NCBI GenBank assembly: GCA_951406725.2 | Contig: OX597830.1 | Span: 64,604,001 to 64,668,000 of the forward strand | Source of the DNA: Octopus vulgaris | Lineage: Eukaryota | DNA: 64,000 nucleotides | Direction of reading: 5' to 3' | Shown here: positions 1-12,939 of the stretch, piece after piece | Numbering within the stretch: position 1 is the stretch's first letter | How the letters are laid out: each line of letters starts with the position of its first letter | The notes under the pieces: generated by a model | The model's input: only the letters and a program-made list of their open reading frames with translations | Database searches by the model: none | What the model was told of the DNA's origin: nothing | Position numbers and translations under genes: made by a program

Positions 1-43
1 ATATATATATATATGTATATATATATATGTATATATATATATG

Positions 44-120
<77 letters not shown>

Positions 121-422
121 TTCAAGCGATATACATTCACTGATTTTGCAACATGTAAAAATGCTACTTCTAAAATCTCTCTCGCAGATCAGTGCAGAAG
201 TTGTACTAAAAAATAATTTCGTAGCCACTGAAACATGGCTGTCCGTTCGAATGGGGGCTATTGCGATTTTTTAGCCCCAAAATAACATCTACACTAGCTG
301 GTTAACGATGCAAAGCTGCACCCGAGATTAGCGACGGCACCAGCAGACCATCCTGGTTCCCTTCATCACTCATAACTGGTTACTGTATTGATTCTCTAAG
401 CTCATATTAATGTAACTAAATA

Positions 423-934
423 CCGTAAATCCTCGACCATAATCCGCATTATTTTCCCAACCTTTAAAGGTCAAAATCCCTAGTGCGTACTATATACGAG
501 GTTAAAAATGAAAAATATTTTTTAAGCAATGTCCGAGTCTCTATTTGCTATCCGGAAATGTTTATTTAGACGCATTTTGTGATGTCGGGCGCGAAAATAC
601 CTTAAGCTAAGCCTGAAAGCAATGAAATCATAAAAGAATCATCCATAACTTGCAGTAAGCAACATTTATTAAACGTTATTACTGTTATTTCTTTATTTTC
701 TTCAAACAAAATGCACAAAAAAGCTACACGTTTGCATTATGTTATATGTACAATAATAATAAAGGACATTACTGTATACATTTTTGCAAACCAAGGACGT
801 TATGTCGACCTCCTTGACTCAAGTTAGAGAAGGCGCGCGTATTATACACGAGGTTTAGGTTTTTCAGAGGTACAGGCCCCTAAAAGTCCCCTGCGTATTA
901 TACCCAAGGATGGACTATGCTCGAGGATTTACGG
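423..934. mobile_element. Non-autonomous Tc1/mariner-superfamily DNA transposon (Tc2/pogo-like MITE, CCGTA termini)
   Basis: About 23-bp TIRs (CCGTAAATCCTCGACCATAATCC vs reverse complement CCGTAAATCCTCGAGCATAGTCC), TA on both sides (421-422, 935-936), no ORF. Confidence 0.85.
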
Positions 935-984
935 TAACCAAATGTGTGTGTGTGTGTGTGTATTGCATGTATACATAACTTTTG

Positions 985-1180
985 TCTTTCACTAGTTTCA
1001 GTCATTAGGATGCGGTCATGCTGGGGCACCATCTTAAAGAAATTTTGTCGTATGTTTCGACTCCAGTAATTAATTATTTAAAGCTTAGCCGAAACGCTAA
1101 GTTACAGAGATGTAGTGTCACCAGCACCGGTTGTCAAGTGGTCTGGGGGACAAACAGAGCCACAAAGACACACACACCTA
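985..1180 (-). mobile_element. SINE family A, partial 3' half
   Basis: Reverse complement of the family A tail (GTTTCAGTCATT...GCGGTCATGCTGGGGCACC...CCGAAACGCTAAGTTAC). Confidence 0.7.
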
Positions 1181-1209
1181 CACACACGCATATATATATA
1201 TATATATAT

Positions 1210-1606
1210 GCAGGAGTGGCTGTGTGGTAAGTAGCTTGCTTACCAACCACATGGTTCAGGGTTCAGTCCAACTGCGTGGCATCTTGGGCAAGTGTCTTCT
1301 ACTATAGTCTCGGGCCGACCAAAGCCTTGTGAGTGGATTTGGTAGACGTAAACTGAAAGAAGCCCGTCGTATATATATGTATATATATATGTGTGTGTGT
1401 ATGTTTGTGTGTCTGTGTTTGTCCCCCTAGCATTGCTTGACAACCGATGCTGGTGTGTTTACGTCGCCGTCACTTAGCGGTTCGGCAAAAGAAAGCGATA
1501 GAATAAGTACTGGGCTTACAAAGAATAAGTCCCGGGGTCGATTTGTTCGACTAAAGGTGGTGCTCCGGCATGGCCGCAGTCAAATGACTGAAACAAGTAA
1601 AAGAGT

Positions 1607-1610
<4 letters not shown>
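1210..1610 (+). mobile_element. tRNA-derived SINE family A, full length
   Basis: A-box-like TGGCTGTGTGG, B-box-like GGTTCAGTCC, internal (TA/TG)n tract, tail GGCCGCAGTCAAATGACTGAAACAAGTAAAAGAG. More than 7 copies in the window. Confidence 0.85.
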
Positions 1611-1654
<44 letters not shown>

Positions 1655-1662
1655 TATATGTA

Positions 1663-2952
1663 CGAGGGGCGTTCAATAAGTAATGCCCTGACCCACTTCC
1701 CATAGCAGTAGAGCAACGAAACTTGGCACAGTTATTAGTCTTTTTCTACATAGGAACCACTCAGAGTTACACATTTCTCCCATCGTTTGATGCAACTCTG
1801 GAGACCGTTTTTGTAGAAGACCCCAGCTTGGTCCTCCAACCACGACGTGACTTCAGAAATCAAAGCCGCATCATCTGGGAAATGCTTTCCTTTCAAAAAC
1901 AACTTCATGGCTAGGAAGAGGTGAAAATCAGAGGGTGCAAGGTCAGGAGAGTAGGGGGATGGGGGAGGAGTTCATAGCCGCACGCCTGTTCTTCTGATCT
2001 GGCGACACGTGAGTTGTAGACCGGAGCGTTGTCCTGCAGGAGGAGGATGCCTTTGCTGATCTTGCCCCGCCTCTTCATTTTGATAGCTTCTCTTAATTTC
2101 CTCAAAAGTTAAGCATAATAGGCTCCTGTAATTGTGGTACCCTTTGCCAGGAAATCTCTCATCATTACTCCGTCCTGGTCCCAGAAGACTGTGAGCATGA
2201 CTTTGCCAGCGGAGGGCTGCACCCTTGCCTTCTTTGGAGGAGGTGAATCACGGAGCTTCCACTGCATTGACTGGGCTTTGGTCTCTGGATCATAGTGATG
2301 GACCCAGGTTTCATCCTGTGTAATCAGTCTTTTGAGAAAATTTGATTCATCTTCTTGGCACATCTCCAAATTCATCCTCGAGCTCTCAACGCGTTCTTGC
2401 TTCTGGAAAGGTGTGAGCAACCTGGGAATCCATCTGGCAGACACCTTTTGCATATGCAAATGGTCATGAATGATAGTTTCCACAGACCCGGTACTAAACT
2501 TGACCTCATGGGTTATTTGGCGAATAGTTATGCGTCGATCTTCCAAAATGGCAGCCTCAACTTGACGGATAGATGCCTCATCAATGGCAGAAGGGGGGCG
2601 ACCAGATCTGGGAACTGTTTCCACAGAGTTCCGACCATGTTTGAATTCACGACGCCAGCGTTTTACAAGGTCATATGATGGGGCATCATCACCATAAGTT
2701 ACTTTCATTTCATCAAAAGTCTCTCGTGGTGTGCGTCCTTTCAAATACAAAAACTGGATCACTGCTCGACACTCAACAGGCTCCATTTCACACTTGACTC
2801 AGTTCAAACACCTGTATATCAGAAACTACAATTAGTTCAGAGCTGTAATTTGCCACTTAATCTATAGAGATATAAATAATTGCACATGTAAATTTCAGCT
2901 TGATTAAACAACTGCAAGTGGGTCAGAGGCATTACTTATTGAACGCCCCTCG
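1663..2952 (-). mobile_element. Full-length mariner DNA transposon (DD34D), 1290 bp
   Basis: TIR CGAGGGGCGTTCAATAAGTAATGCC(T)CTGACCCACTT at both ends, TA duplications at 1661-1662 and 2953-2954, transposase inside. Confidence 0.96.
1735..2786 (-). pseudogene. Mariner transposase pseudogene
   Basis: Motifs WIPRLL, TQDETWVHHYDPE, QDNAP and YSPDLAPSDFHLF with D34D spacing once repaired. In-frame TAA at 2109-2111 and a 1-nt frameshift near 1955-1960. Natural stop after GSYVEKD at 1735-1737. Confidence 0.95.
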
Positions 2953-3428
2953 TATGTATAAAATACGTTTACGGGCGTATTTCAATTTCCGTCAACCATA
3001 TACACTCAAAAAACTTCAATCAAGGCTATAGTAGAAGACACTTAGTTAAGGTGGGACTGAACCATGGACCATGTGGTTGGGAAAGAAGTTTCTTGTCACG
3101 GCTGTGTCTGAATATATATATATATATATACATATATAAATATACATACATATAAATGAAAATATTCTTTTATGTATATATGTATATATATTCATGTGTG
3201 TGCGTGTGAGTGCGCACGTGCGTGTATGTGTGCATGGATGTATGTTCATGCATATATACACTGGAATAAGTGAGGAAGCAGGAGGTGTCAGCTCTTGAAA
3301 TATTTTCTCCACCATATCCAAGACGTTATCATTATTGCGAAGCAGAGTATTATCACCGAAATAACTGTAGATAACACCCCATAACCTTTACCTTTCATAC
3401 ATTCCGATATCTCTCTCTCTCTCTCTCT

Positions 3429-3471
<43 letters not shown>

Positions 3472-3474
3472 TTC

Positions 3475-3549
<75 letters not shown>

Positions 3550-3551
3550 TG

Positions 3552-3590
<39 letters not shown>

Positions 3591-4256
3591 CATATATGTA
3601 TGTATATATATATAATATGTATATATATAACATGTATATATATGTATGTATATATACATGTATATATATATGCATATATATACATGTATATATATATATG
3701 TATATATATGTATATATATATGTATATGTGAATGTGTTTGTATGCACTTTACATTTTGCACCTGTAGTTAATTATGCACTTAGTTACGTCATGAAGTGGG
3801 GAAGAAATAACTTCGAGCAGCTGGTGTTCCACTGATAACATCTATCATAGTAAATAGATGCATAAACTATTATTTACAGGATATATCTTAATGTTCTGCC
3901 TGTCACTCCGTTAATTTAGCAATTGTAATTAGTTCTGCACTTGATTGCTGCATTAAGATATACCTTTGAACACCTGGTGCTTTCTTAGGTATCTGTTATC
4001 CAGTGGAAACGTAATAAAATGCAATGTTATGCTTTAAGTGTTCAATTTAGGTAGTTGGTGGACTGCTTTCAAAATTGTTATTTGTACGGTGAACTTTGAG
4101 AATCTGAATCATGATCTACATGTCTTTTTCTGATACGTCTCAGCAGTTCCTGTTACGTAAATATGCTAATAGCTGTTGCGTAGGTCACAGGAAAATAAGT
4201 TCTCTTTTTCACGACGACTATGTGTTTATGATACCTTCGTCTCGTTGGTGCAAGAT

Positions 4257-4304
4257 ATTCTAAGACACTGGTGTTTCGACATATTGTGTCTCATCAGAAA
4301 GAAT
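4257..4304 (-). ncRNA. Type I hammerhead ribozyme motif
   Basis: Minus strand: ATTCTTT-CTGATGA-GACA caata TGTC-GAAA-CAC ca GTG-TC-TTAGAAT. Full core, stems II and III, GUC site; stem I has two core-proximal mismatches. Confidence 0.7.
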
Positions 4305-4877
4305 TCCCCAATGCAAAGTATGTGACAGGAATCGATAACCTGCTTATAATTCGAACGAAAAAACTGTTAACTCATACATCCTGATATCTGCCAAGCGATA
4401 ATAAATCCTGATATGCACGGCGGACAGCAAGAATCTAAAAGATTACGTGCGTATGTAACCTTTATACATTCTGGAAGTTTCGAATCTATTCTTGTATTGG
4501 GGCTATAACATTTCTGATGTGAAACTGTGTTGAAACATATTTTTTGTATCTTCTGAGGATCATTATGTCAATAAGAAACACATGCACTGGTTTTATTTCA
4601 CTTCTTTTATTATCATTAGTCAACCTGTTAACCATTCAACCAATTAAGTAACCGATATACGTTATCAACATCAAAAACACTGTTTAACTATTAAATTACA
4701 AATGCACCATTGCTGGTTATTACCCTAAATGAAAGAAGTATATTCACAATGTTACCCGTCGGTAGTTTTTTTAACACACTTATACAGTAAGTATTTTATT
4801 GCAAAATAAATATTTATAAGATGGTGTAAGACTACAAAAGAATATTTTAGATTTTACAAGACTTTAAAAAAACTTTA

Positions 4878-5307
4878 TAAGGGGTGTTGAAAGTGCCGTC
4901 TTTCATTTTCAATACATACGTTGACTCTTCTCCACATGTTTTGAAATACATTTGGGAGAGTCTGACGCGGTTTAGACCGTGTGAAGGTTATGATTGCGTC
5001 TTTTAGCTCATTAATAGTTTTCGGGCGATTCTTGTACACTGATTCTTTACTTGCTCCCTGAGTCTGGTGGTGTTAATCAGGTGATCTTGGTGGCCAAAGC
5101 CCCTTCAGAATGGTCATTCACCGAAAATCTTTTCAAGGAGCGGCATGGTGATGCCCGAAGTATAAACTGTAGCCCCATCTTGCTGAAAGTATGCATTACT
5201 AATTCCACTTATCCTACAAACGGATAAACAATATTTGAGCAATATCTCTCGGTGTTGGTGGTGTTTTCAAAAAATGCACTGCGGAGAGACTCTTTTTGAA
5301 CACCCTG
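4878..5307 (-). mobile_element. Internally deleted Tc1/mariner element (DDxD, maT/rosa-like) with transposase C-terminal remnant
   Basis: TA-CAGGGTGTTCAAAAAGAGTCTC terminus at 5307. Minus-strand translation YFQQDGAT...GLWPPRSPD..TPPD...VYKNRPKTINELK...HFQHPL*, with stops and frameshifts. Confidence 0.8.
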
Positions 5308-5765
5308 TACAATAAGAAATAGACGTTGGGACCTATTGAAATCCAAATAAAATTATGAACTAGCGGAAAAACATTAGCTATTCCTGAGCTAGGATTCTGA
5401 ACGATCCCCAAATTGTTGCTTACTTATCTAAATATGCTACGCGGCATGCAGAGAAGGATTGTAGCAATGTGGTTATTGCAGTATCGCGTATATACCGTCT
5501 CGAGGCCCACCTAACCACTCGCTTCAATATTCCCGCTTGTATTTGTGTTTTTCTTTGTATTAATGTTTGCCCCTTTTTAAAAATGTGTACTCACACATAC
5601 AAACACACACACACACATACACACACACATACATACATGCACATATATCACACACAGAGACATACACAAATATCCCACACAGAGATATACACAAATAATA
5701 TGCATGTATGTATGTAGAAGTAAATTTGTGTATATATATATATATATATATGTACTTAATGTGTA

Positions 5766-5810
<45 letters not shown>

Positions 5811-6340
5811 GCTTATGCATACATATATAAATATATAAACAAACATATTTAGATATATAAATGTAGATATATATATATATATATAAATATATACATATAT
5901 ATATATGGTGTATGTGTGTTCGTGTGTGTATGTGTATCTATGTGTATATATGTGGTTGCCCAAGTGTGTATGCGTCTGTCTGCGTTTGTGTACATACTGT
6001 GCACATTAATGCTGCTTATGTGCACGCTGTTTGCTTACCATATATACACACCTGGTGAAATACTTTGCTGAAGGAAAAACAGGCAAACGTTGTTTATTCA
6101 AGAAGTCTTAATTGACTGTCGCTGCAGTCAGTGTATGACTTAGGCATGGTGGTGTTTTGTAAAGAAGAGGGGGCATGGGGAGCTCGTTTTGGGGGATGGA
6201 AAAATCGTCATCATCATCATCATCATCATCAACAACAACAACACCAACACAGTGGTAACCAGACGGTTGGGTTCACCGGTTGTGTTTTCTTTAATTAATG
6301 GCTCAAGTGTATGTATTTGTGTGTATCTGTGTACATCTGC

Positions 6341-6382
<42 letters not shown>

Positions 6383-6407
6383 GTATAAGCATATGCATAT
6401 GTATATG

Positions 6408-6440
<33 letters not shown>

Positions 6441-6531
6441 AAAGAGAGAAAGAAAGAGAGATGTACATATACATATGTACATATATATATATATATACAT
6501 GTACTCACACACAAGTATATATACATGTGCG

Positions 6532-6564
<33 letters not shown>

Positions 6565-6612
6565 GTATACGACGACGTATATGTATATATATACACGTAT
6601 AAATCTATGTAC

Positions 6613-6676
<64 letters not shown>

Positions 6677-7024
6677 TATATATGTATGTATGTATGTATG
6701 AGCGGATGTGTGTATGTAAATAATAAATTTGAATGCTTATATGTTAAAGACAAATGTTGACAACACTAGGTACACATATGAACACACACACACACTACCA
6801 TACATAGAAAGAGAGAGATGTGTGTATATGTATGTATGTATATATGTATATAAATATGTATGATTTTGTATATACACATGTACACATACACACACACTCA
6901 CAAACCTGTATATTTACCAATGGATAGAGGAATTCATTCAGATATTCACACATACATGTATATGTATCTAATTGTGTATATATATACATATATATATATA
7001 TACATATATGCAAGTACATACATA

Positions 7025-7104
<80 letters not shown>

Positions 7105-7761
7105 CACATGTGTGTGTGTGAGAGAGAGAGTGTACATTTTTGAATCTGTGTTTCATATTTACAAAGAAATATCATTTACATACGTAAATATAGTGCGTAT
7201 ATATACGTGTGTGTGTGTGTGTGTGCGTGTGTGTGTGTGTAAGTAGCTATGTGCATGTATTTCTCCATGTATAAAGGAATATATATACATGTATATATAC
7301 ATGTTCGTAGGGTAGACATGCATGTGTGCATGTGTGTGGATGAGTATGAATGCAAACTGTTCTCATTCATTTTAAAACCATTTCTCTTTTTAAAACGAAT
7401 TTTTTGCTATTGTTAAAATCCACCCCGGGTGGCCACCCGTCATCTTTGCTTCTATTCTGCCGTGTCTTTCATCTGTACCCACCACACCACCCTCTCTTCT
7501 TTGACCCCACTGCTATGTCTGTCACATATCCTCCTCGCCAAAAATCACGCTCATATTCCAGGGTTGTTCAAGCTATTCACAAGGCGACACACAATTAATA
7601 GTTAATGCATCACACAAGGTTTGTAAAACAGCAGAATCAGTGGAGCAACCAAGTTTTCCTTGTTCTGGGCGTCTTATTTACGTCTGTGTAGTCAACCACC
7701 CGAAAATGTGTGCACCCTTTTGCTATGCCTCTCTGTATTAAGTCTATCACTATACGACATG

Positions 7762-8149
7762 CGGAGGCGCAATGGCCCAGTGGTTAGGGCAGCGGACTCG
7801 CGGTCATAGGATCGCGGTTTCGATTCCCAGACCGGGCGTTATGAGTGTTTATTGAGCGAAAACACCTAAAAGCTCCACGAGGCTCCGGCAGGGGATGGTG
7901 GCGATTCCTGCTGTACTCTTTCACCACAACTTTCTCTCACTCTTACTTCCTGTTTCAGTTGTACCTGTATTTCAAAGGGCCGGCCTTGTCACACTCTGTG
8001 TCACGCTGAATATCCCCGAGAACTACGTTAAGGGTACACGTGTCTGTGGAGTGCTCAGCCACTTACACGTTAATTTCACGAGCAGGCTGTTCTGTTGACT
8101 CGGATCAACCGGAACCCTCGTCGTCGTAACCGACGGAGTGCTTCCATCC
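7762..8149 (+). mobile_element. tRNA-derived SINE family B, full length with TSD
   Basis: A box TGGCCCAGTGG, B box GTTTCGATTCC, 10-bp TSD ATACGACATG at 7752-7761 and 8150-8159. Confidence 0.9.
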
Positions 8150-8426
8150 ATACGACATGAATGTTGCAAAGCATTTCCACCTCATCTACATTGGCGTATT
8201 CTACGAAGATTTACTTCCCCAATTTCTTCATCCCGGTTAAGTCCATACAATTTCAATACACGAATGTGTTCTTCCTGTCGCTGCTTGGCAGCACTAACGA
8301 TTCGTTTTGTTTCCAATTTTCAGCTACCCAGTCCAACGACCTTTCATCTGCGGCCAGAAAAGCTGCATTTACCTCGATCTCACTACATTTTTTTGAAACT
8401 TTTACCATCCATAAATTATGTATGCT

Positions 8427-8840
8427 CTTTTACTCTTTTACTTGTTTCAGTCATTTGACTGTGGCCATGCTTGAGCACCGCCTTTAGTCGAGCAAATCGA
8501 CCCCAGGACTTATTCTTTGTAAGAAATGTACTTATTCTATAGGTCTCTTTTGCCGAACCGCTAAGTTACAAGGGCGTAAACACACCAGCATCGGTTGTCA
8601 AGCGATGTTGGGGGAGGGACGAATACAGACACACAAACATACACACATACACACACATACATATATATATACATACATACAACGGGCTTCTTTCAGTTTC
8701 CATCTACCAAATCCACTCACAAGATTTTGGTCGGCCAGAGGCTATAGTAGATGACACTTGCCCAAGGTGCCACGCAGTGGGTCTGAATCCGGCACCATGT
8801 GATTCGTATGCAAACTACTTACCACAGCCAATCCTACGCC
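8427..8840 (-). mobile_element. SINE family A, full length
   Basis: Reverse complement of 1210-1610. Confidence 0.85.
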
Positions 8841-9267
8841 TATATGTATATATTGTTTTATAAAAAGATATTAGAACTATGAGAAATGAAGGCATTTCTC
8901 TTCACCTTTTTATATATGTTTTCTACATATTTTCACTATATATATATATATATATATATATGCTTGTTATATATTGTAGGAGATGATTCCTACAGATCCG
9001 TTAAAGAGAATAAGTTACCTGAATGAAAATATATTTTCATAATGACTCGATATAATGTGAATATGATTTGCTTGCAATTCTAATAACACACAAACGTGCA
9101 CACGCGCATTGCCCGCCCGCACACACACTTACACACATGAACATGCATACCCATACACACACAAAGATTAAGTGAGGCTGAAGTGGTATCAAGTATAGAA
9201 TAGTCCTGATATTGTTACTGTTACAGGAATACTAATACTAGAGTCCTAAATGCTGATTGATTAAACG

Positions 9268-9378
9268 GTCCGGGTTCAGTCCCACTGCGTGACATCTTGG
9301 GTATCTTCTACTATAGCCTCGGGCCGACCAAAGCCTTGCGAGTGGATTTGGTTGAAGGAAACTGAAAGAAGCCTGTCG

Positions 9379-9412
<34 letters not shown>

Positions 9413-9643
9413 TGTATGTATGTATGTGTGTGTGTATGTATGTATGTGTGTGTGTGTTTGTGTGTCTGTGTTTGTACCCCAACATCGCTTGACAACCGAT
9501 GGTGGTGTGTTAACGTCCCCGTAACTTAGCGGTTCGGCAAAAGAGACCGATAGAATAAGTCCTGGGGTCGATTTGCTCGACTAAAGGCGGTGCACCAGCA
9601 GGGCCGCAGTCAAATGACTGAAACAAGGAAAAGCGTAAAGAGT
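9268..9643 (+). mobile_element. SINE family A, 5'-truncated
   Basis: Starts at the B-box region; matches 1255-1610. Confidence 0.85.
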
Positions 9644-9693
9644 ATATACGTGTAATCTCATACAAATCTTTATGTATTTCTAAGCATAAGTTC

Positions 9694-9740
<47 letters not shown>

Positions 9741-9778
9741 AACACACAAGGGTTATGGAATGGAGTAGATAATATCCG

Positions 9779-9844
9779 GGCTACATATGTTTCATAGTGG
9801 TAAATATCCAAGCGAGGTGTGTACCGCAGCCTACTCTTCAGGTC
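9779..9844 (-). ncRNA. Type I hammerhead motif, long stem II, ACATATGT stem III
   Basis: Minus strand: GAC-CTGAAGA-GTAG...CTAT-GAAA-CATATG-TA-GCC. Confidence 0.65.
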
Positions 9845-9867
9845 AACGACCTCGAACCCACAAGTGT

Positions 9868-10107
9868 AAACAAGAGAGAGAGAGAGAGAAAGGCAGAAAC
9901 AAGGAAAATGCCACTTATATTTGAACACTATACAAATATTCTTTTAAAAAACTTTTCTTTTAATTTTTCTAAATTTAATTATTTAATCGTTACAGTTGAA
10001 AAGGTCTCAAATGACTGAAACCGGTATTAAAATGTTCTTTATAAAATTATTTTAGCATTTTCTATCTTGACTTGTTTTTTCATATATATCAACTCGTGTG
10101 TTCCTTT
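9868..10107 (+). mobile_element. Penelope-like pseudo-LTR-type repeat with U3-A8 hammerhead variant (about 9993-10029)
   Basis: Homologous to the arm of the 14.0-14.5 kb palindrome; CAG-TTGAAAA-GGTC tcaaat GACT-GAAA-CCGG-TA. Confidence 0.6.
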
Positions 10108-10589
10108 TCATTCTTATACATACATACATACATACATACATACATACATACATACATACATACATACAAGCATATGTAATGATAATAATAAGTGGATGTA
10201 AACACATGAACAAAATAAGAATAAACAAAAACAACAAAAACAAAATACAAATTACATGAACATATATAAACAGAAGATACAAATATTACAGGCATCCCCC
10301 CACATACACACACTAAATAAACATAAACGCACATAGAGATATAAGCATGCGCAAATGAAGACATACAATAGAAATACAAAATGGCTGACGGTTAGTAAGG
10401 AGAGACACAAATAAGAAAGAAGAAAACAAAGGACTACTGATGCGGTCACAGGAGTGTGACGAAAGAACTCTGGCTGAAATAAGATTAAGATTAATGTAAA
10501 AAATAAATAACACTGAAGCAAAATAACACCAAATATATAGTGCGTGTGTTTTTATTGGCTAAACTGGCAAAATGACCATTCCGAAATAT

Positions 10590-10688
<99 letters not shown>

Positions 10689-11180
10689 CATATATATATA
10701 TATGTGTATAGATACATACGTATGCGCGTATATATGCATGTGTGAGTAGATAGGTCGATAGACGTACCTGATTATATGTATGTACATACATTTACATACA
10801 CACTCACACACACATATATATGTATGTATATATACATACATATATAACATACAGGTGGCAGCTGAGTTAACATTACTTCAATTAACGCATTAAATCGTTT
10901 CAATTGTACAGAAGCAATCAAATACTTTCATTTAACAAAGGAATATGGCATTGTTCCAATTCCGTACCTTAGCGGAAGACTGACAGACGGAATTATAGAG
11001 ACCGATTCTTCATCCCCAGACTCGCAACCGCGGAGCAGCAGCCAGAAATGTTTTCTTTATCATGGCATACTTCTCATTGTTTGTTTTTTTTTCAGTTATC
11101 TACTATAACAATTATATTATATCTATATTACATCATAGCTCACATCCCAACACATATATATTCACGCGCACGAATGTATA

Positions 11181-11246
<66 letters not shown>

Positions 11247-11512
11247 TATATATATGTATATATAAAATATTATAAAGATCCAGGTGAATTAGGTACTTAA
11301 GTTGAGCCACCTTGTTAGGCACCTATGGGGTCATTTGACGAGAACAGTTTCTTTCAAATGGTGTAATGTTTTCAATAATTATTTAAAGAAGTCCTCTGAA
11401 ATGGTCGTAATGAACTGACACCTGTACAACTTCGTTATTTATATATTATATATAAATATGTATAAACTGTTACTTATAAAAATATGTATATATCTTTATT
11501 ATATTCATATGT

Positions 11513-11572
<60 letters not shown>

Positions 11573-11604
11573 AAGTAAAACCATGTATATATATATATAG
11601 AATT

Positions 11605-11746
11605 CAATCAATTACTATCCACAAGGAGCTAAACATAGAGGGGACAAACAAGGACAGACAAACGGATTAAGTCGATTACATCGACCCCAGTGCGTAACTA
11701 GGTACTTAATTTATCGACCCCGAAAGGATGAAAGGCAAAGTCGACC
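11605..11746 (-). mobile_element. SINE family C (Nin/Deu-domain-like), 3' part
   Basis: Contains TTTATCGACCCCGAAAGGATGAAAGGC; matches 59226-59453. Confidence 0.8.
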
Positions 11747-11833
<87 letters not shown>

Positions 11834-11835
<2 letters not shown>

Positions 11836-12268
11836 CGGGAAGGAAGAGCATTTTCATCGTAATTGTGGCTATGGCGAAAGAATGTGTATGACGGACCCGT
11901 CTGAAAGGTCTAGTGGCAAACACTTTCCTCTCTGGTCAATCTCTCATCAATTTCTTCAATTATCTCTTGAAGAGGAAGGTGAGAGTAGAGAAAGAAGTCC
12001 TATCTAGTGAATGTTTCAAAAAAAGACGGTGAATGTTGCAAGGATGGCACGTGTGAATAACGGAGCCAGCTTGAGCATAATCCTATGAACCAAAAACAGA
12101 AAGCAAAAAAAAAACAGTCACTTACTGTAATGTGCTTTTTTGAATGACATTATTGGCCGAGTTTACCGTGGTCTTTTCCGTAGACTTTTCTAATCTGTTT
12201 CCCCTTTTTACGTTATGACATTCCTGTAATACACGATCCATTTTGATCGAATTTCTATCTCCACCTTT

Positions 12269-12270
<2 letters not shown>
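11834..12270 (+). mobile_element. L1/Tx1-like LINE 3' end (ORF2 C-terminus plus 3' UTR)
   Basis: Translation IVAMAKECV*RTRLKG...LINFFNYLLKRKVRVEKEVL...F.KR resembles L1-clade ORF2 ends; stop near 12086. The UTR is homologous to 53945-54140. Confidence 0.6.
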
Positions 12271-12356
<86 letters not shown>

Positions 12357-12369
12357 CCTACCTACCTAC

Positions 12370-12425
<56 letters not shown>

Positions 12426-12434
12426 ATACACACG

Positions 12435-12716
12435 AGCACTCCGTTGGATTAAGGACGACGAGGATTGCAGTTGATCCAATCAACGGAACAACCTGCCCGT
12501 GATATTAATTTGCAAGTGGCTGAGTACTCCACAGACACGCGTACCCTTAATGTAGTTCTCAGGGAAATTCAGTGTGACACAGGATGTGACAAGGCTGGCC
12601 CTTTGAAATACAGATACAACTCATTTTTGCCAGCTGAGTGGACTGTTGCGAAATGTGAAATAAAGTGTCTTGCTCAAGACCACAACGCTTCCGAATACTC
12701 TAACCACTACGCCATG
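12435..12716 (-). mobile_element. SINE with family-E-like 5' part and family-B 3' part
   Basis: 12435-12615 matches the family B tail; 12620-12716 matches the family E head/body (AAATAAAGTGTCTTGCTCAAG). Confidence 0.75.
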
Positions 12717-12939
12717 TGTGTTCACACCCCCACATGTATGTATGTATGTATGTATGTATGTATGTATGTATGTATGTATGTATGTATGTATGTATGCATG
12801 TATGTATTATATACGATCTTTCTATTTCATATATGTTTTTGCCTATCTTGCTTATATTCTCCTCCTCCTCCTCCTCCTCCTCCTCATCATCATCATCATC
12901 ATCATAATCATCATCATCACCGTGATCGTCGTCGTCGTC

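Noticed and set aside
7762-7835. tRNA-like sequences (also 46755, 59226, 1210)
   Set aside because: They are SINE heads with A/B boxes that continue into SINE bodies; no complete cloverleaf was seen.
10960-11060. Possible minus-strand exon ending AAG|GTACGG
   Set aside because: No acceptor, and in-frame stops upstream.
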